Shown piece after piece: positions 41,029 through 51,287 of a DNA stretch of 64,000 bases. How positions within the stretch are numbered: position 1 is the stretch's first letter; every line of letters begins with the position of its first letter. The stretch is from Fluviicola sp. (GTDB taxonomy: Bacteria > Bacteroidota > Bacteroidia > Flavobacteriales_D > Crocinitomicaceae): the NCBI GenBank assembly GCA_017983675.1, contig JAGOAZ010000003.1:34719-98718 (forward strand), written 5' to 3'. The translations under genes and the position numbers were made by a program. The notes below the pieces were generated by a model. It saw nothing but the letters and a program-made list of their open reading frames with translations, was not told the origin of the DNA and did no database searches.

Positions 41029-42867
41029 TTAGTCTTTTATACCTTGTAGCGAGCAGAGATTAAAATAGACACCTTTTAAGTCGAGTAATGATTGATGCGT
41101 GCCGCGTTCAACAATTTCACCTTTCGATAGTACAAGGATTTCATCTGCATGTTGAATGGTCGATAAGCGGTGTGCAATGATCAACGAAGTTCTGTCTTTC
41201 ATCAAGGTATCTAAAGCTTCTTGCACATAACGTTCGCTTTCCGTATCCAATGCTGAAGTTGCTTCGTCCAAAATCAAGATCGATGGATTTTTTAATACCG
41301 CACGAGCAATGCTGATGCGTTGTTTTTGGCCGCCAGATAATTTATTGCCACGTTCGCCAATGATGGTGTCGTAACCCTTTTCAAGTTGTTCAATAAAATG
41401 GTGCGCATGGGCAATTTTCGCTGCTTCGACAACTTGTTCCATTGTCATATCTTCTCGACCAAACGCAATGTTATTTTTGATCGTGTCGTTGAACAAAATC
41501 GATTCTTGCGAAACAATACCAATTGCTTTGTGTAAGTCTTCTAATTTGTACGATTTAAGATCAATTCCATCAACTTCAATGACTCCTTCTGAAACATCGT
41601 AAAAGCGTGGCAATAAATCGGCAATAGTCGATTTTCCACTTCCTGATTCACCTACTAGGGCAATTGTTTTTCCTTTTTTCAATGAAAAAGAAACCGATTT
41701 TAATACAAATGCATCTTTGTATTTGAAGCTGACGTTTTTGACGGTAACTTCTTCATTAAGTGATGTTAATGAACGGGCATTCTCCATTTCGGTAATTGCT
41801 TCGTCGGTGTCTAAAATTGCATTGATGCGGTCGAGTGACGGTTCCGCTTTGTTTAAATTTGCAACGGAGGTTGAAATACCTTGAATGGGGCGCAATAATT
41901 GCGAAAAGATAATAATGAAGGCAATGAATTGTTCGCCTGTTAGCCCTGTTTTTTCTTTGTTCAAAATCATGATTCCACCAAACCAAACCAAACACAGCAT
42001 GACGCCTGCACCCAGTAATTCATTTAATGGTGCTGATAAATCACGTTTTCTAAATGCTTTTGTAATTAATTGTTGGTGTTTCAGATTGATTTTCTGGAAG
42101 CGTGAAACAATAAAAGGAATGGCATTAAACGCTTTGATTACTTTCACGCCGCTCAATGCTTCATCAATTGCCGAGAAAACAATTCCATTTTGTTCTTGAC
42201 CAGCGCGGGCAGTTCGTTTCAAACTTTTACCAATGCGCGAAATAACAAATGCAGAAACAGGCAATAAAATAAAAGAAATCAATGTTAGTTTTGGACTAAT
42301 GTAAATCAACCCGCCAATTGACGTGATGATTGCAAAAGGCTCTCTAAATATCAATTCAAGTATGGCAATGACCGCCAATTCAATTTCACCAACATCACTG
42401 TTCATCCGTGACATTAAGTCACCTTTTCGTTCATCCGAATAATACGACAAGGGCAAGCGCATCGCTTTGCTAAATAGTTTGTTTTTGATGTCTCTTACGA
42501 CAGCCATTCTCAATTGCGACTGATGCCAAATTGCTCCGTATCTAAAAATATTTTTCAATAAGAAAGCAGCGAAAACCGAAACACAAACAAAAAATAACGC
42601 TTGTTTTGGATCTTCTTGGACCATTTGTTGCATGGAGAAATTGTAGTAATCCTTGCAATACTCAATGAGCGAGGATGCTTTTTCCCAAATTGGTTTTTTG
42701 AGTGAAGTAGTTGTCGAATTGGTATTAAAAATAAGTTGTAAAAATGGAATAAATAATACCATAGATACTAAGTTGAAAATAACAAAAAGTGTATTGTACA
42801 CGATTGTTAAAATCGCCTGACCTTTATAGGAAAAGGTATATTTATAAAAAGCTAAAATCGACTTCAT
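41029..42867 (-). CDS. ABC transporter permease/ATP-binding protein (MsbA-like)
   Basis: TM domain; GESGSGKST Walker A, LSGGQKQR, ILILDEATSALD; start MKSILA at 42867. Confidence 0.92.
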   Translation of the reverse strand: MKSILAFYKYTFSYKGQAILTIVYNTLFVIFNLVSMVLFIPFLQLIFNTNSTTTSLKKPIWEKASSLIEYCKDYYNFSMQQMVQEDPKQALFFVCVSVFAAFLLKNIFRYGAIWHQSQLRMAVVRDIKNKLFSKAMRLPLSYYSDERKGDLMSRMNSDVGEIELAVIAILELIFREPFAIITSIGGLIYISPKLTLISFILLPVSAFVISRIGKSLKRTARAGQEQNGIVFSAIDEALSGVKVIKAFNAIPFIVSRFQKINLKHQQLITKAFRKRDLSAPLNELLGAGVMLCLVWFGGIMILNKEKTGLTGEQFIAFIIIFSQLLRPIQGISTSVANLNKAEPSLDRINAILDTDEAITEMENARSLTSLNEEVTVKNVSFKYKDAFVLKSVSFSLKKGKTIALVGESGSGKSTIADLLPRFYDVSEGVIEVDGIDLKSYKLEDLHKAIGIVSQESILFNDTIKNNIAFGREDMTMEQVVEAAKIAHAHHFIEQLEKGYDTIIGERGNKLSGGQKQRISIARAVLKNPSILILDEATSALDTESERYVQEALDTLMKDRTSLIIAHRLSTIQHADEILVLSKGEIVERGTHQSLLDLKGVYFNLCSLQGIKD

Positions 42868-42934
42868 TTCGTACAAAGATATGTTTTTGTCCGTCAAGGT
42901 GGTTAAACGTGTATACATTTGTTAACTTTGTACC

Positions 42935-43273
42935 ATGAGTTCGATTAGACAAAGTAGAGTTGAAGGCGTAATTCAAGAAGAATTATCGACTTATTTTCAG
43001 CGTAATGCCCGAGATATTTGTTTGGGAGCAATGGTCAGTGTTACCATCGTTCGTGTGACATCCGATTTGTCATTGGCGCGTATTTATTTGAGTGTTTTTG
43101 CCGGACCAGACAAAAAAGTGGTGTTGCAATCCATTCATGAAAACAGCAAGAAAATTCGCGGTGAAGTTGGGCGTCGTTTGAAAAACATGCACAAAATTCC
43201 TGAGTTGCTTTTTTACATTGATGATTCACTGGATTATGCAATGGAAATTGACCAATTATTGAAATCCCATTAA
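42935..43273 (+). CDS. rbfA: 30S ribosome-binding factor RbfA
   Basis: VSVTIVRVTSDLSLARIYLSV...KIPELLFYIDDSLD. Confidence 0.95.
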   Translation: MSSIRQSRVEGVIQEELSTYFQRNARDICLGAMVSVTIVRVTSDLSLARIYLSVFAGPDKKVVLQSIHENSKKIRGEVGRRLKNMHKIPELLFYIDDSLDYAMEIDQLLKSH

Positions 43274-44510
43274 AGTTCCGTTTTTCATAGCGCTACGTTA
43301 CCTTCGGCATACGCGGAAACAGCGTACCTTAGTGCATTGGATTACACGCGTTTCAGTTATAGGAATCACTGTTATTACTGCAGCATTAGTCATCTTAATC
43401 GCAGCGTTTAATGGCATTGAACAAATGGTTGCACAATTGTACTCAGCGTATGATGCGCCCATAACCATTCGTTCAACGCAAGGAAAAACCTTTTTGGAAA
43501 ACACCCTAGATCTTGCTGCTATCCGTTCAACACCAGGTGTAAAAAATGTCAGCAGAGCAGTTGAGGAAACAGTTATACTAAAGAAACAGAAAAAATGGGT
43601 CAATGCGCATTTGGTAGGCGTTGATGCGGGTTACTTAAAAGACTGCGCTTTAGACAAACACCTTGTCGATGGAATCCCAGCTTTTTTAGACGATCAACAA
43701 GCGACAGCCATCATTGGTGCAACACTCTTGGATAAACTCGATGGTTATATTTCTGAATTAGACGGCAAAGAAGAATTATTGCTGTATACGCCTTTGCGGG
43801 AAGCGAAGATTGGCAGCCGCAAAAGTCCGTTTATGATTGCACCTTTGACAGTTGTTGGAAAAATGAATTACAACCGAGAAGTGAATGCTTCTGAACTATT
43901 GGTTCCTTTAGATTTTGCGCGCAACCAATTGAATTATACAACAGATTTAACGGCCTTATTTGTTGCGGTGGATTCGACAGCAGATCCGATGGAAATAAAA
44001 GAAGCGCTTCAACAACAATTAGGTTCTAAATTTGAGGTGAAGACAGCAGCGGAGAAAAACGAATTAATTTTCAAAACAAGTCGCTCGGAAAAACGCATTG
44101 TGGTATTGATTTTGATTTTCATCTTCATTTTAGCAGCGTTCAATTTAGTGGCTTCGTTAACCATGTTGTTCATCGAAAAAAAGGAAAACATTCAAACATT
44201 GATCCGTATTGGAGCGACCAATCAATTTATTTTCCGCATTTTCTTTTTTGAAGGTTTGTTAATTGCCGCTAAAGGAATTGTCATAGGTTTGGCTTTAGGA
44301 ATCACAATCTGTGCATTACAGCTGAATTTTGCTTTCTTAGCAATGCCAAATTCGAACGGAGAAGCATTTCCCATTGCTTTCAATTGGAAAGACGGCTTAT
44401 TGATTTTAAGCTTGGTAAGTTCGTTGAGTTTTGCAGCTTCTTATCTACCAGTTTGGTATTTAATCAAAAAAGCTTCTTACTTCAAAGCTACGTTGAACGC
44501 GAATGACTAA
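43269..44510 (+). CDS. LolC/E (FtsX-like) ABC permease
   Basis: The frame is open upstream of the called GTG to an ATT at 43269, giving (M)KVPFFIALRYLRH...WITRVSVIG, the typical LolC/E N-terminus; also ILAAFNLVASLTML, EKKENIQTL. Confidence 0.85.
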   Translation: MKVPFFIALRYLRHTRKQRTLVHWITRVSVIGITVITAALVILIAAFNGIEQMVAQLYSAYDAPITIRSTQGKTFLENTLDLAAIRSTPGVKNVSRAVEETVILKKQKKWVNAHLVGVDAGYLKDCALDKHLVDGIPAFLDDQQATAIIGATLLDKLDGYISELDGKEELLLYTPLREAKIGSRKSPFMIAPLTVVGKMNYNREVNASELLVPLDFARNQLNYTTDLTALFVAVDSTADPMEIKEALQQQLGSKFEVKTAAEKNELIFKTSRSEKRIVVLILIFIFILAAFNLVASLTMLFIEKKENIQTLIRIGATNQFIFRIFFFEGLLIAAKGIVIGLALGITICALQLNFAFLAMPNSNGEAFPIAFNWKDGLLILSLVSSLSFAASYLPVWYLIKKASYFKATLNAND

Positions 44511-45649
44511 GCGATTACCTTCAAGGTTTGCGCCACTTTTCTTCCTGTATTTTTAATCGTTTCTAGGTCCTCACCAATGATGGTAACATGACCCATTTTT
44601 CGAAATGGTTTAGTCTTTTGTTTTCCATACAAATGGATGTAAACACCTTTCCATGAAAGTACTTCATTACTGTTTAGATAAACTGCATCACCTTCGTAAC
44701 CAGCTTCACCCAATAAATTGATCATCACACCTGGGCAGCGCAAATCGGTAGCGCCAAGCGGCATGTTTAAAACACTTCTCATGTGTTGTTCAAACTGTGA
44801 TGTCAAACAACATTCTATCGTGTGATGTCCGCTATTGTGTGGGCGAGGAGCAATTTCATTGATGATTAATTCACCTGTTTTCGTCAAGAACAATTCTACT
44901 GCTAAAATTCCGACCATGTCAATCGCATCAATGACTTTAACAGCTAATTCTTGTGCGTTTTTTTCAATTTCGTTTGCAATTTCAGCAGGAGAGAACAAGA
45001 ATTCGACCAAGTTAGCTGTTGGGCTAAATTCGCATTCAACACTCGGGTAAACAGCAGTTTCACCTGATTCGTTTCGGGCTACAATTACCGATAATTCTTT
45101 TTCAAAGGGAATTAATGTTTCGATGACACACGGCGCATCGAAAGCTGTTTCAAGGTCTTTTTCGTTTTTAATGATTTGAACACCTTTTCCATCATAACCA
45201 CCTTTGCGCAATTTTAAAACAAAAGGAAATGCAGGATGTGCTTGTATCAATTCAGCTTTGTTTTCGATCAGTTGAAAAGGAGCGGTTGGGAGTTGGTGCG
45301 CAGCGTAAAACTGTTTTTGTAAGCCTTTGTCTTGGACAATAGAAAGTACTTTTGATTGAGGAAATACTTTCACGCCAGCTTGTTCAAGCGCAGCGAGTGC
45401 TTCGACATTCACGTGTTCAATTTCAACCGTTACCACATCTTTGTCTTTTCCAAAATCAACGATTGTTTGGTAATCAGTTAGGCTTCCAACTTTGAAACTT
45501 GCAGCAATTTTTTCACAAGGAGCAGTAGGATCTGGATCAATGCAATGCACGTGTACATCGTAATTCAACGCAGATTGAATGAACATTCTTCCAAGTTGTC
45601 CACCACCTAACATGCCCAATTTAAAGTTACTCCCGTTCCAATTTTTCAT
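44507..45649 (-). CDS. purK: N5-carboxyaminoimidazole ribonucleotide synthase
   Basis: GMLGGGQLGRM, TVEIEHV, GYDGKG, NEIAPRPHNSGHHT, RKMGHVT; start at 45649. Confidence 0.96.
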   Translation of the reverse strand: MKNWNGSNFKLGMLGGGQLGRMFIQSALNYDVHVHCIDPDPTAPCEKIAASFKVGSLTDYQTIVDFGKDKDVVTVEIEHVNVEALAALEQAGVKVFPQSKVLSIVQDKGLQKQFYAAHQLPTAPFQLIENKAELIQAHPAFPFVLKLRKGGYDGKGVQIIKNEKDLETAFDAPCVIETLIPFEKELSVIVARNESGETAVYPSVECEFSPTANLVEFLFSPAEIANEIEKNAQELAVKVIDAIDMVGILAVELFLTKTGELIINEIAPRPHNSGHHTIECCLTSQFEQHMRSVLNMPLGATDLRCPGVMINLLGEAGYEGDAVYLNSNEVLSWKGVYIHLYGKQKTKPFRKMGHVTIIGEDLETIKNTGRKVAQTLKVIA

Positions 45650-45822
45650 GGGACAAAGATACAAAAGGAACGTTTTTAAAAAAGTCTCCGTGCGGATAAA
45701 AACAAAAAGCGCCTAAAAGCTCAAAAAATTGCTAAATAACTATAGTTTTTATGACCTTTCAGCGATTCAAATTGTTTCCTTTCGTTGAAAATCTTATTTT
45801 TGTAATCAATTAAACAAACAAA

Positions 45823-46353
45823 GTGCTTCAATTACACGATAAGACATTTGAGATTTTTATCCAGGAAGAAGAAATTCTCTCAGCTATTGGTCAGATGGCC
45901 GATAAGTTGAATGCTGATTATGCAGGGAAAGATGTCATTTTTATCGCAGTGTTGAATGGCGCATTTATGTTTGCGGCAGATTTGATGAAGCACATTGGTT
46001 TTGATGCGGAGATTTCATTTGTAAAGATGAGTAGTTATCACGGATTGAATTCGACAGGACGTGTCGACGAGGTCATTGGATTAAATCGACCGATAAAAGG
46101 CAAGCACGTTGTTGTTTTGGAAGACATAGTTGACACAGGCGTAACGATGGAAAAATTGTTCAGTTTATTGCAAGCAGAACATCCGGCGCATGTTGAAATA
46201 GCAACTTTGTTGTACAAGCCAGCAGCATTTAAAGGAAAACACACCCCAAAATATATTGGGTTTTCGATTCCAGACAAATTTGTTGTCGGCTACGGCTTAG
46301 ATTACAACGAGTTAGGAAGAAACACCAAGCACATTTATCAACTAAAGGGTTAA
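45823..46353 (+). CDS. hpt: Hypoxanthine phosphoribosyltransferase
   Basis: VLNGAFMFAADL, VVLEDIVDTG, FVVGYGLDY...GRN. Confidence 0.93.
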   Translation: MLQLHDKTFEIFIQEEEILSAIGQMADKLNADYAGKDVIFIAVLNGAFMFAADLMKHIGFDAEISFVKMSSYHGLNSTGRVDEVIGLNRPIKGKHVVVLEDIVDTGVTMEKLFSLLQAEHPAHVEIATLLYKPAAFKGKHTPKYIGFSIPDKFVVGYGLDYNELGRNTKHIYQLKG

Positions 46354-46368
46354 ACCCGCAGAAAAGGT

Positions 46369-46941
46369 ATGTTGAACATTGTATTATTTGGCCCTCCAGG
46401 AGCAGGGAAAGGAACACAATCAGAGCGATTGATTGAGCAGTATGGACTTGTTCACTTGTCAACAGGTGACATTTTTAGAGCAAACATTAAAGGCGCGACG
46501 GAATTAGGGCTTTTAGCGAAAAGTTACATGGATGCTGGGAATTTAGTTCCAGACGAAGTGACAATCAATATGTTGAAAAGTGAAGTAATGAAACACACTT
46601 CGCCCAAAGGATTTATTTTTGATGGTTTCCCTCGTACAACAGCACAAGCGGAAGCGTTGGATGCTTTTTTAACCTCGATCAGCACATCCATCTCGATGAT
46701 GGTTGGTTTGGAAGTTGCAGAAGATGAATTGCGTGAGCGCTTGAAAAAACGTGCAGAAGTGAGTGGCAGACCAGATGATGCAAATCCAGAAATAATACAA
46801 AATCGCATCAACGTTTACAAAAACGAAACAGCACCTGTGAAAGATTTTTATCAATCACAAGGCAAATATAAATCGGTTGATGGTATTGGTACCATTGACG
46901 AAATTACTAACCGTTTATTTGCGGTAATAGAGGAGAAATAA
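46369..46941 (+). CDS. adk: Adenylate kinase (short LID form)
   Basis: GPPGAGKGTQ, HLSTGDIFR, GNLVPDE, DGFPRT. Confidence 0.96.
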   Translation: MLNIVLFGPPGAGKGTQSERLIEQYGLVHLSTGDIFRANIKGATELGLLAKSYMDAGNLVPDEVTINMLKSEVMKHTSPKGFIFDGFPRTTAQAEALDAFLTSISTSISMMVGLEVAEDELRERLKKRAEVSGRPDDANPEIIQNRINVYKNETAPVKDFYQSQGKYKSVDGIGTIDEITNRLFAVIEEK

Positions 46942-46944
46942 AAA

Positions 46945-47937
46945 ATGGCTTCAGACAACTTCGTTGATTATGTAAAAATTCACTGTACTTCTGGAAATGG
47001 AGGTGGCGGTTCAGCGCATTTTCGACGAGAAAAATACATCCCACAAGGAGGTCCAGACGGTGGAGATGGCGGTCGTGGAGGACATATTATATTGCGTGGA
47101 AACAAGCAACTTTGGACCTTGTTGCACTTAAAATTCCACAAACACATCAAAGCTGGTCACGGTGGTCATGGTTCTGCTCAGAATCAAAAAGGAAAACAAG
47201 GACAAGACAAGTACATTGATGTACCACTTGGGACGTTGGCACGTGACTCTGAAACGGGCGAAATCTTGTTTGAAATCACCGAAGAAGGCGAAGAAAAAGT
47301 TTTGGTTCCTGGAGGACGTGGTGGTTTGGGTAACGATCAATTCAAGTCGTCAACCTACCAAACTCCGCGTTTTGCACAACCGGGTGAACCTGGGATTGAG
47401 AACTGGATGGTACTAGAGATGAAAGTCCTTGCTGATGTAGGATTGGTTGGTTTTCCAAATGCAGGAAAAAGCACCTTGTTATCCGTTATGTCATCGGCTA
47501 AACCAGAAATTGGCGATTATCCATTTACAACAGTGCGTCCCAATTTAGGTATCATCAAGTACCGTGATTACCGTTCGTTTGTAATGGCAGATATTCCTGG
47601 AATTATCGAAGGAGCGCATTTGGGTAAAGGATTGGGATTACGCTTTTTGCGTCATATCGAACGCAATGCTTGTTTGTTGTTCATGATTCCAGCTGATTCG
47701 CCAGATATTCACGAAGAATACCGCATTTTATTAAACGAATTAAAACAATATAATCCGGAGTTATTGCACAAAGAACGCTTGTTGGCAATCACGAAATCGG
47801 ATATGTTAGACGATGAATTGAAAGCAGCAATTGCGTTGGATTTACCAACAATTCCATACTTGTTCATTTCAGCTGTTGCGCAACAAGGTTTGTCGGAATT
47901 AAAAGATTTGATTTGGTCAAAATTGTCAGATGATTGA
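46945..47937 (+). CDS. obgE: GTPase ObgE/CgtA
   Basis: [45 protein letters not shown]. Confidence 0.97.
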   Translation: MASDNFVDYVKIHCTSGNGGGGSAHFRREKYIPQGGPDGGDGGRGGHIILRGNKQLWTLLHLKFHKHIKAGHGGHGSAQNQKGKQGQDKYIDVPLGTLARDSETGEILFEITEEGEEKVLVPGGRGGLGNDQFKSSTYQTPRFAQPGEPGIENWMVLEMKVLADVGLVGFPNAGKSTLLSVMSSAKPEIGDYPFTTVRPNLGIIKYRDYRSFVMADIPGIIEGAHLGKGLGLRFLRHIERNACLLFMIPADSPDIHEEYRILLNELKQYNPELLHKERLLAITKSDMLDDELKAAIALDLPTIPYLFISAVAQQGLSELKDLIWSKLSDD

Positions 47938-48517
47938 ATGGTTAAAGGCAATTGACAGCAGTATCGTTTTAGCGATAAACGGAACACATAATCACTTCCT
48001 CGATACCTTATTTTGGTTGTTTTCAGGCAAACTTACTTGGATTCCGCTGTATTTATTGTTGTTGTTTTTTGTTTGGAAATACCTAGGCTTTCGAAAGATG
48101 TTGCTTTTTTTGGTCATAGTAGCTGCAACAATTGCTGTTGTCGATATCACATCTGTTCACTTGTTTAAAGAAACATTTCAGCGTTACCGACCTTCGCATC
48201 ACTTAATTCTTTCCCAACAATTACATTATCATGTCACTGAATCGGGTGAATTATACAAAGGCGGTCAATATGGTTTTGTGAGTTCGCATGCTGCTAATTT
48301 CTTTTCGTTAACAGTTTTAGCAGGAATGACGTTACGGGCTTACCGCAAAAATTTAATTTGGTTATTGCTCATTATTGCTTGTATGGTCAGTTTGAGCCGG
48401 GTGTATTTGGGCGTTCACTACCCAAGTGATGTCATCGTTGGAGGTTTATGGGGAGCAACAATCAGTTATTTCAGCTTTCGTTACCTGTTACAACCCTTAT
48501 TATTGACCAAAAAGTAA
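47930..48517 (+). CDS. PAP2 family membrane phosphatase
   Basis: [29 protein letters not shown] motifs. Confidence 0.92.
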   Translation: MIEWLKAIDSSIVLAINGTHNHFLDTLFWLFSGKLTWIPLYLLLLFFVWKYLGFRKMLLFLVIVAATIAVVDITSVHLFKETFQRYRPSHHLILSQQLHYHVTESGELYKGGQYGFVSSHAANFFSLTVLAGMTLRAYRKNLIWLLLIIACMVSLSRVYLGVHYPSDVIVGGLWGATISYFSFRYLLQPLLLTKK

Positions 48518-48523
48518 GTTGAT

Positions 48524-48880
48524 ATGGCAGCGATTCTTGTTTTTCTAGGAGGAGGAATTGGCGCTTTGTTGCGTTATTTGATTTCACAATTGACGGACAA
48601 AGTAACGACAACGACCTTACCTATTGCAACTTTTGTTTCCAATTTATTAGCATCCGTATTACTCGGCGTTTTCATTGCGCTTTTACGGGATAAAGTCCAA
48701 CATTCTGATTACTGGTATGCCTTTTTGGTGATAGGTGTTTGCGGCGGATTCAGCACTTTTTCATCTTTTGCAAAAGAAAATTTAGCCTTGATTGAAAAGG
48801 GACAATACGTGTATGCAGGATTGAACATCATCGTTTCTGTTGTCCTTTGTATACTTGCTGTTTATCTTGGGAAACGGTAA
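48524..48880 (+). CDS. crcB: Fluoride efflux channel Fluc/CrcB
   Basis: GGGIGALLRY, GVCGGFSTFSSF. Confidence 0.93.
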   Translation: MAAILVFLGGGIGALLRYLISQLTDKVTTTTLPIATFVSNLLASVLLGVFIALLRDKVQHSDYWYAFLVIGVCGGFSTFSSFAKENLALIEKGQYVYAGLNIIVSVVLCILAVYLGKR

Positions 48881-48963
48881 AATTATGCCACCGGAACTAA
48901 TTCATCAATTTGTTGCGCCAATTGTTGACGTTTCGTTACAATCTTTGTTGAGTTTGCATTTTG

Positions 48964-49160
48964 CACCTTTATCACTGAATCACAATTAAAACTTCTAGCA
49001 ACAACCAAAAATAATTGTATATTTAGCTTAACCAATTACCGAGTTATTGCAACACTCACAACCAAACACTCCTACGATTCGAATTTTTCTTGGTACAAAG
49101 ACTGTTCATCCAACTAAAACATTTGGACGAAACAGGAATTGAATTGCTTGTTGTGATTCA
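48964..49160 (+). repeat. Promoter/leader repeat, copy A (5' part only)
   Basis: 48976-49160 aligns to 50611-50794 with about 7 differences in 185 nt; contains TATATTTA at 49018. Confidence 0.92.
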
Positions 49161-49201
49161 TGATTAGAATAGTCATTTGTACGAACTCTATGCATTATAA
49201 T

Positions 49202-50518
49202 ATGAAACAATTTTATTTAGTGCTATTTTTTATTATTAATTGGGGAACCTCATTTACTCAATACAATAAAAAAAAACTGTTTATAGATGAAAACTTAAAC
49301 ACCATTAAAACAGCAATTTACATTGCGTTTCAAAAGCCTGACACAACAATAAATGCAACTGTTTTCAATGCTATTAATGTAACAGATTCTGCTCAAATAA
49401 TAAAAATAATATCCGTTGGTTATGAAGAGACCTTGATGTATTATCATAGTTTTTTGACTACGGATACAATACAATTATACCGACAAGCGAATCAAATAGA
49501 TGAAATAATTATTTCTTCTAATCCCATTAGAAAAGAATCTGAAGATTCAATGCATGTTGTTGATTTTCATTTTATTAATGGCAAATCAGTTGTATTACAA
49601 AAGTCAATTTATCATCACAAAGAAAAGTTTATATGCTATGAGAATAACTGTTTTCATACCAATGAAAAATCGAAACTATATTATCATCATATAAATGGAC
49701 AACAAGTGGTTGAAATTAAAGACTCGATATTTTTATTTGATGGGGTAATACTTTATCCCGTTGAAAGTAAATTATTATACGATTTAAAATTAAAATCTAT
49801 AATAGATTCAAATGACAGCCTTTACTATTTTAAAAATAATTTTTTTTATGAGCTTATAGATGAATATTCATGTCTGGATTTAGAAAACAATAAGGAAAAG
49901 AGTTTACACTTAACTTATGATAGTTTATCATTTATTTTTATTGCAAATTTCTACAAGCAATTCGCTAGAACCCCTCCAATATTTTTATATTACAAGTATC
50001 CACATAGAAATGCGAATAAAAAATTTACTAATCAAGAAAAAATTTCTATAAAAAATTTAAATGTTGAAACAGGTCAATTGTTTAAATACTTAGCTGGGAA
50101 CCCCGGTTTTGTTGATCAAGCAGCTATCCTTGAAAAATCAAGAAGCGAAGCCTGTCTATTAGATTCCACCTTTTATATCTTTGATTTTAACACTAAAAAA
50201 GTATACGCATATCACCGAGATCAATTAATCCAGACAATAAGTTTGAACTTAAAAAATGAATGGTATAAAAATGAATATAAATTGGATGAAACTTTAAAAA
50301 AAGCATATTTTTTATTTAAAACAGAAGAAGGATTAAAGCTTTTTGAAATTGATCTTAATTCAGGGAAATCTTCATTTATAGAGGCTCCCGATGCACTTAA
50401 TTCGTATCATCATTGGGAAATATCTGGAGGTCGTTTGTATTTTTTAAAGACGAATCCAGATTTAGATTGGCAACGAAAATTATTTTCTATTAGTATGGAT
50501 GAATTTAGAACCAAATGA
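49202..50518 (+). CDS. Hypothetical exported protein (possible carboxypeptidase-regulatory-like N-terminus)
   Basis: Long AT-rich ORF; signal peptide MKQFYLVLFF; ISVGYEE...QIDEIIISS resembles CarboxypepD_reg-like ends. Confidence 0.6.
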   Translation: MKQFYLVLFFIINWGTSFTQYNKKKLFIDENLNTIKTAIYIAFQKPDTTINATVFNAINVTDSAQIIKIISVGYEETLMYYHSFLTTDTIQLYRQANQIDEIIISSNPIRKESEDSMHVVDFHFINGKSVVLQKSIYHHKEKFICYENNCFHTNEKSKLYYHHINGQQVVEIKDSIFLFDGVILYPVESKLLYDLKLKSIIDSNDSLYYFKNNFFYELIDEYSCLDLENNKEKSLHLTYDSLSFIFIANFYKQFARTPPIFLYYKYPHRNANKKFTNQEKISIKNLNVETGQLFKYLAGNPGFVDQAAILEKSRSEACLLDSTFYIFDFNTKKVYAYHRDQLIQTISLNLKNEWYKNEYKLDETLKKAYFLFKTEEGLKLFEIDLNSGKSSFIEAPDALNSYHHWEISGGRLYFLKTNPDLDWQRKLFSISMDEFRTK

Positions 50519-50591
50519 ATTCCCATTTACCATAACCCGTTATAAATTGCGGGCCAACTTGCATTTGAATTGTAGCAAAATAGTACAATCG

Positions 50592-50985
50592 TTTCAATCA
50601 CCTTTTAAACTGAATCACAATTAAAACTTCTAGCAACAACCAAAAATAATTGTATATTTAGCTTAACCAATTACCGAGTTATTGCAATACTCACAACCCA
50701 ACACACGTACGATTCGATTTTTCTTGGTACAAAGACTGTTTATCCAACTAAAACATTTGGCCGAAACAGGAATTGAATTGCTTGTTGTGATTCAATTTTA
50801 GATTTATAAAGGAAGTGTTGGAACAGCTCAACTTAATAAAGACGCAAAAGATCTGTTTTTAAGAGCTGTTTGATTGCGCGTCTTTGTTTCTCGTTAGCAC
50901 GATGCGAATTACAAAGGTAGTTGTCTTTTCGTGCTGGAGGATCCGAAAAACGAGTATGAGTAGGGAAAATTTAAATATTCTACAA
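50592..50985 (+). repeat. Promoter/leader repeat, copy B (precedes precursor 1)
   Basis: Shares its 5' 185 nt with copy A and the 3' structured block (aaagac...gagtatgagtaggg, 50838-50965) with copies C and D. Confidence 0.9.
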
Positions 50986-51219
50986 ATGGCAAAAAAGAAA
51001 GAAAACTTACGAGAAAAATTTTCTAAAAATCAGATTGAATTAAGAAAAGTGTTTGGTGGAAGACGAAATAGTGAGCCATCATATTCTGAATGTGCAGGTA
51101 CAGGTTGTTCCATTATAACTAGTCAATCTGAATCTGGTATAATAATTAGAGATTGGGAAGATATTGAATGTGGTGATGATATGTATATGGGGGATGTAAT
51201 ATGTGCCCCAGTTGCCTAA
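50986..51219 (+). CDS. RiPP precursor peptide 1 (77 aa, double-glycine leader)
   Basis: MAKKKENLREKFSKNQIELRKVFGG|RRNSEPSYSECAGTGCSIITSQSESGIIIRDWEDIECGDD...; Lys-rich leader, GG site, Ser/Thr- then Asp/Glu-rich core with 4 Cys. Confidence 0.75.
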   Translation: MAKKKENLREKFSKNQIELRKVFGGRRNSEPSYSECAGTGCSIITSQSESGIIIRDWEDIECGDDMYMGDVICAPVA

Positions 51220-51239
51220 ACAAATTTATTTTATAAAAG

Positions 51240-51265
51240 ATGCAGCAATCAGAAGATTGTCGCAT
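51240..51265 (+). terminator. Hairpin after precursor 1
   Basis: atgc-a-gcaatc-agaa-gattgt-c-gcat imperfect stem; no U-tract. Confidence 0.4.
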
Positions 51266-51287
51266 TGAAAATCCTTAAAGAATTATT

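Noticed and set aside
48518-48523. Fluoride riboswitch upstream of crcB
   Set aside because: Only 6 nt separate crcB from the PAP2 gene, leaving no room for one
48883-49035. Short minus-strand open frame ending ...KRQQLAQQIDELVPVA* convergent on crcB
   Set aside because: About 50 codons, running through the promoter repeat, with no recognisable motif. It could be a gene remnant but is unsupported
50884-50985. ORF-track N-terminal extension of precursor 1 (MFLVSTMRITK...) and a similar open frame in leader D, as a possible conserved leader peptide
   Set aside because: B-versus-D differences are mostly non-synonymous and copy C shifts frame. The pattern fits RNA-structure or promoter constraint, not coding selection
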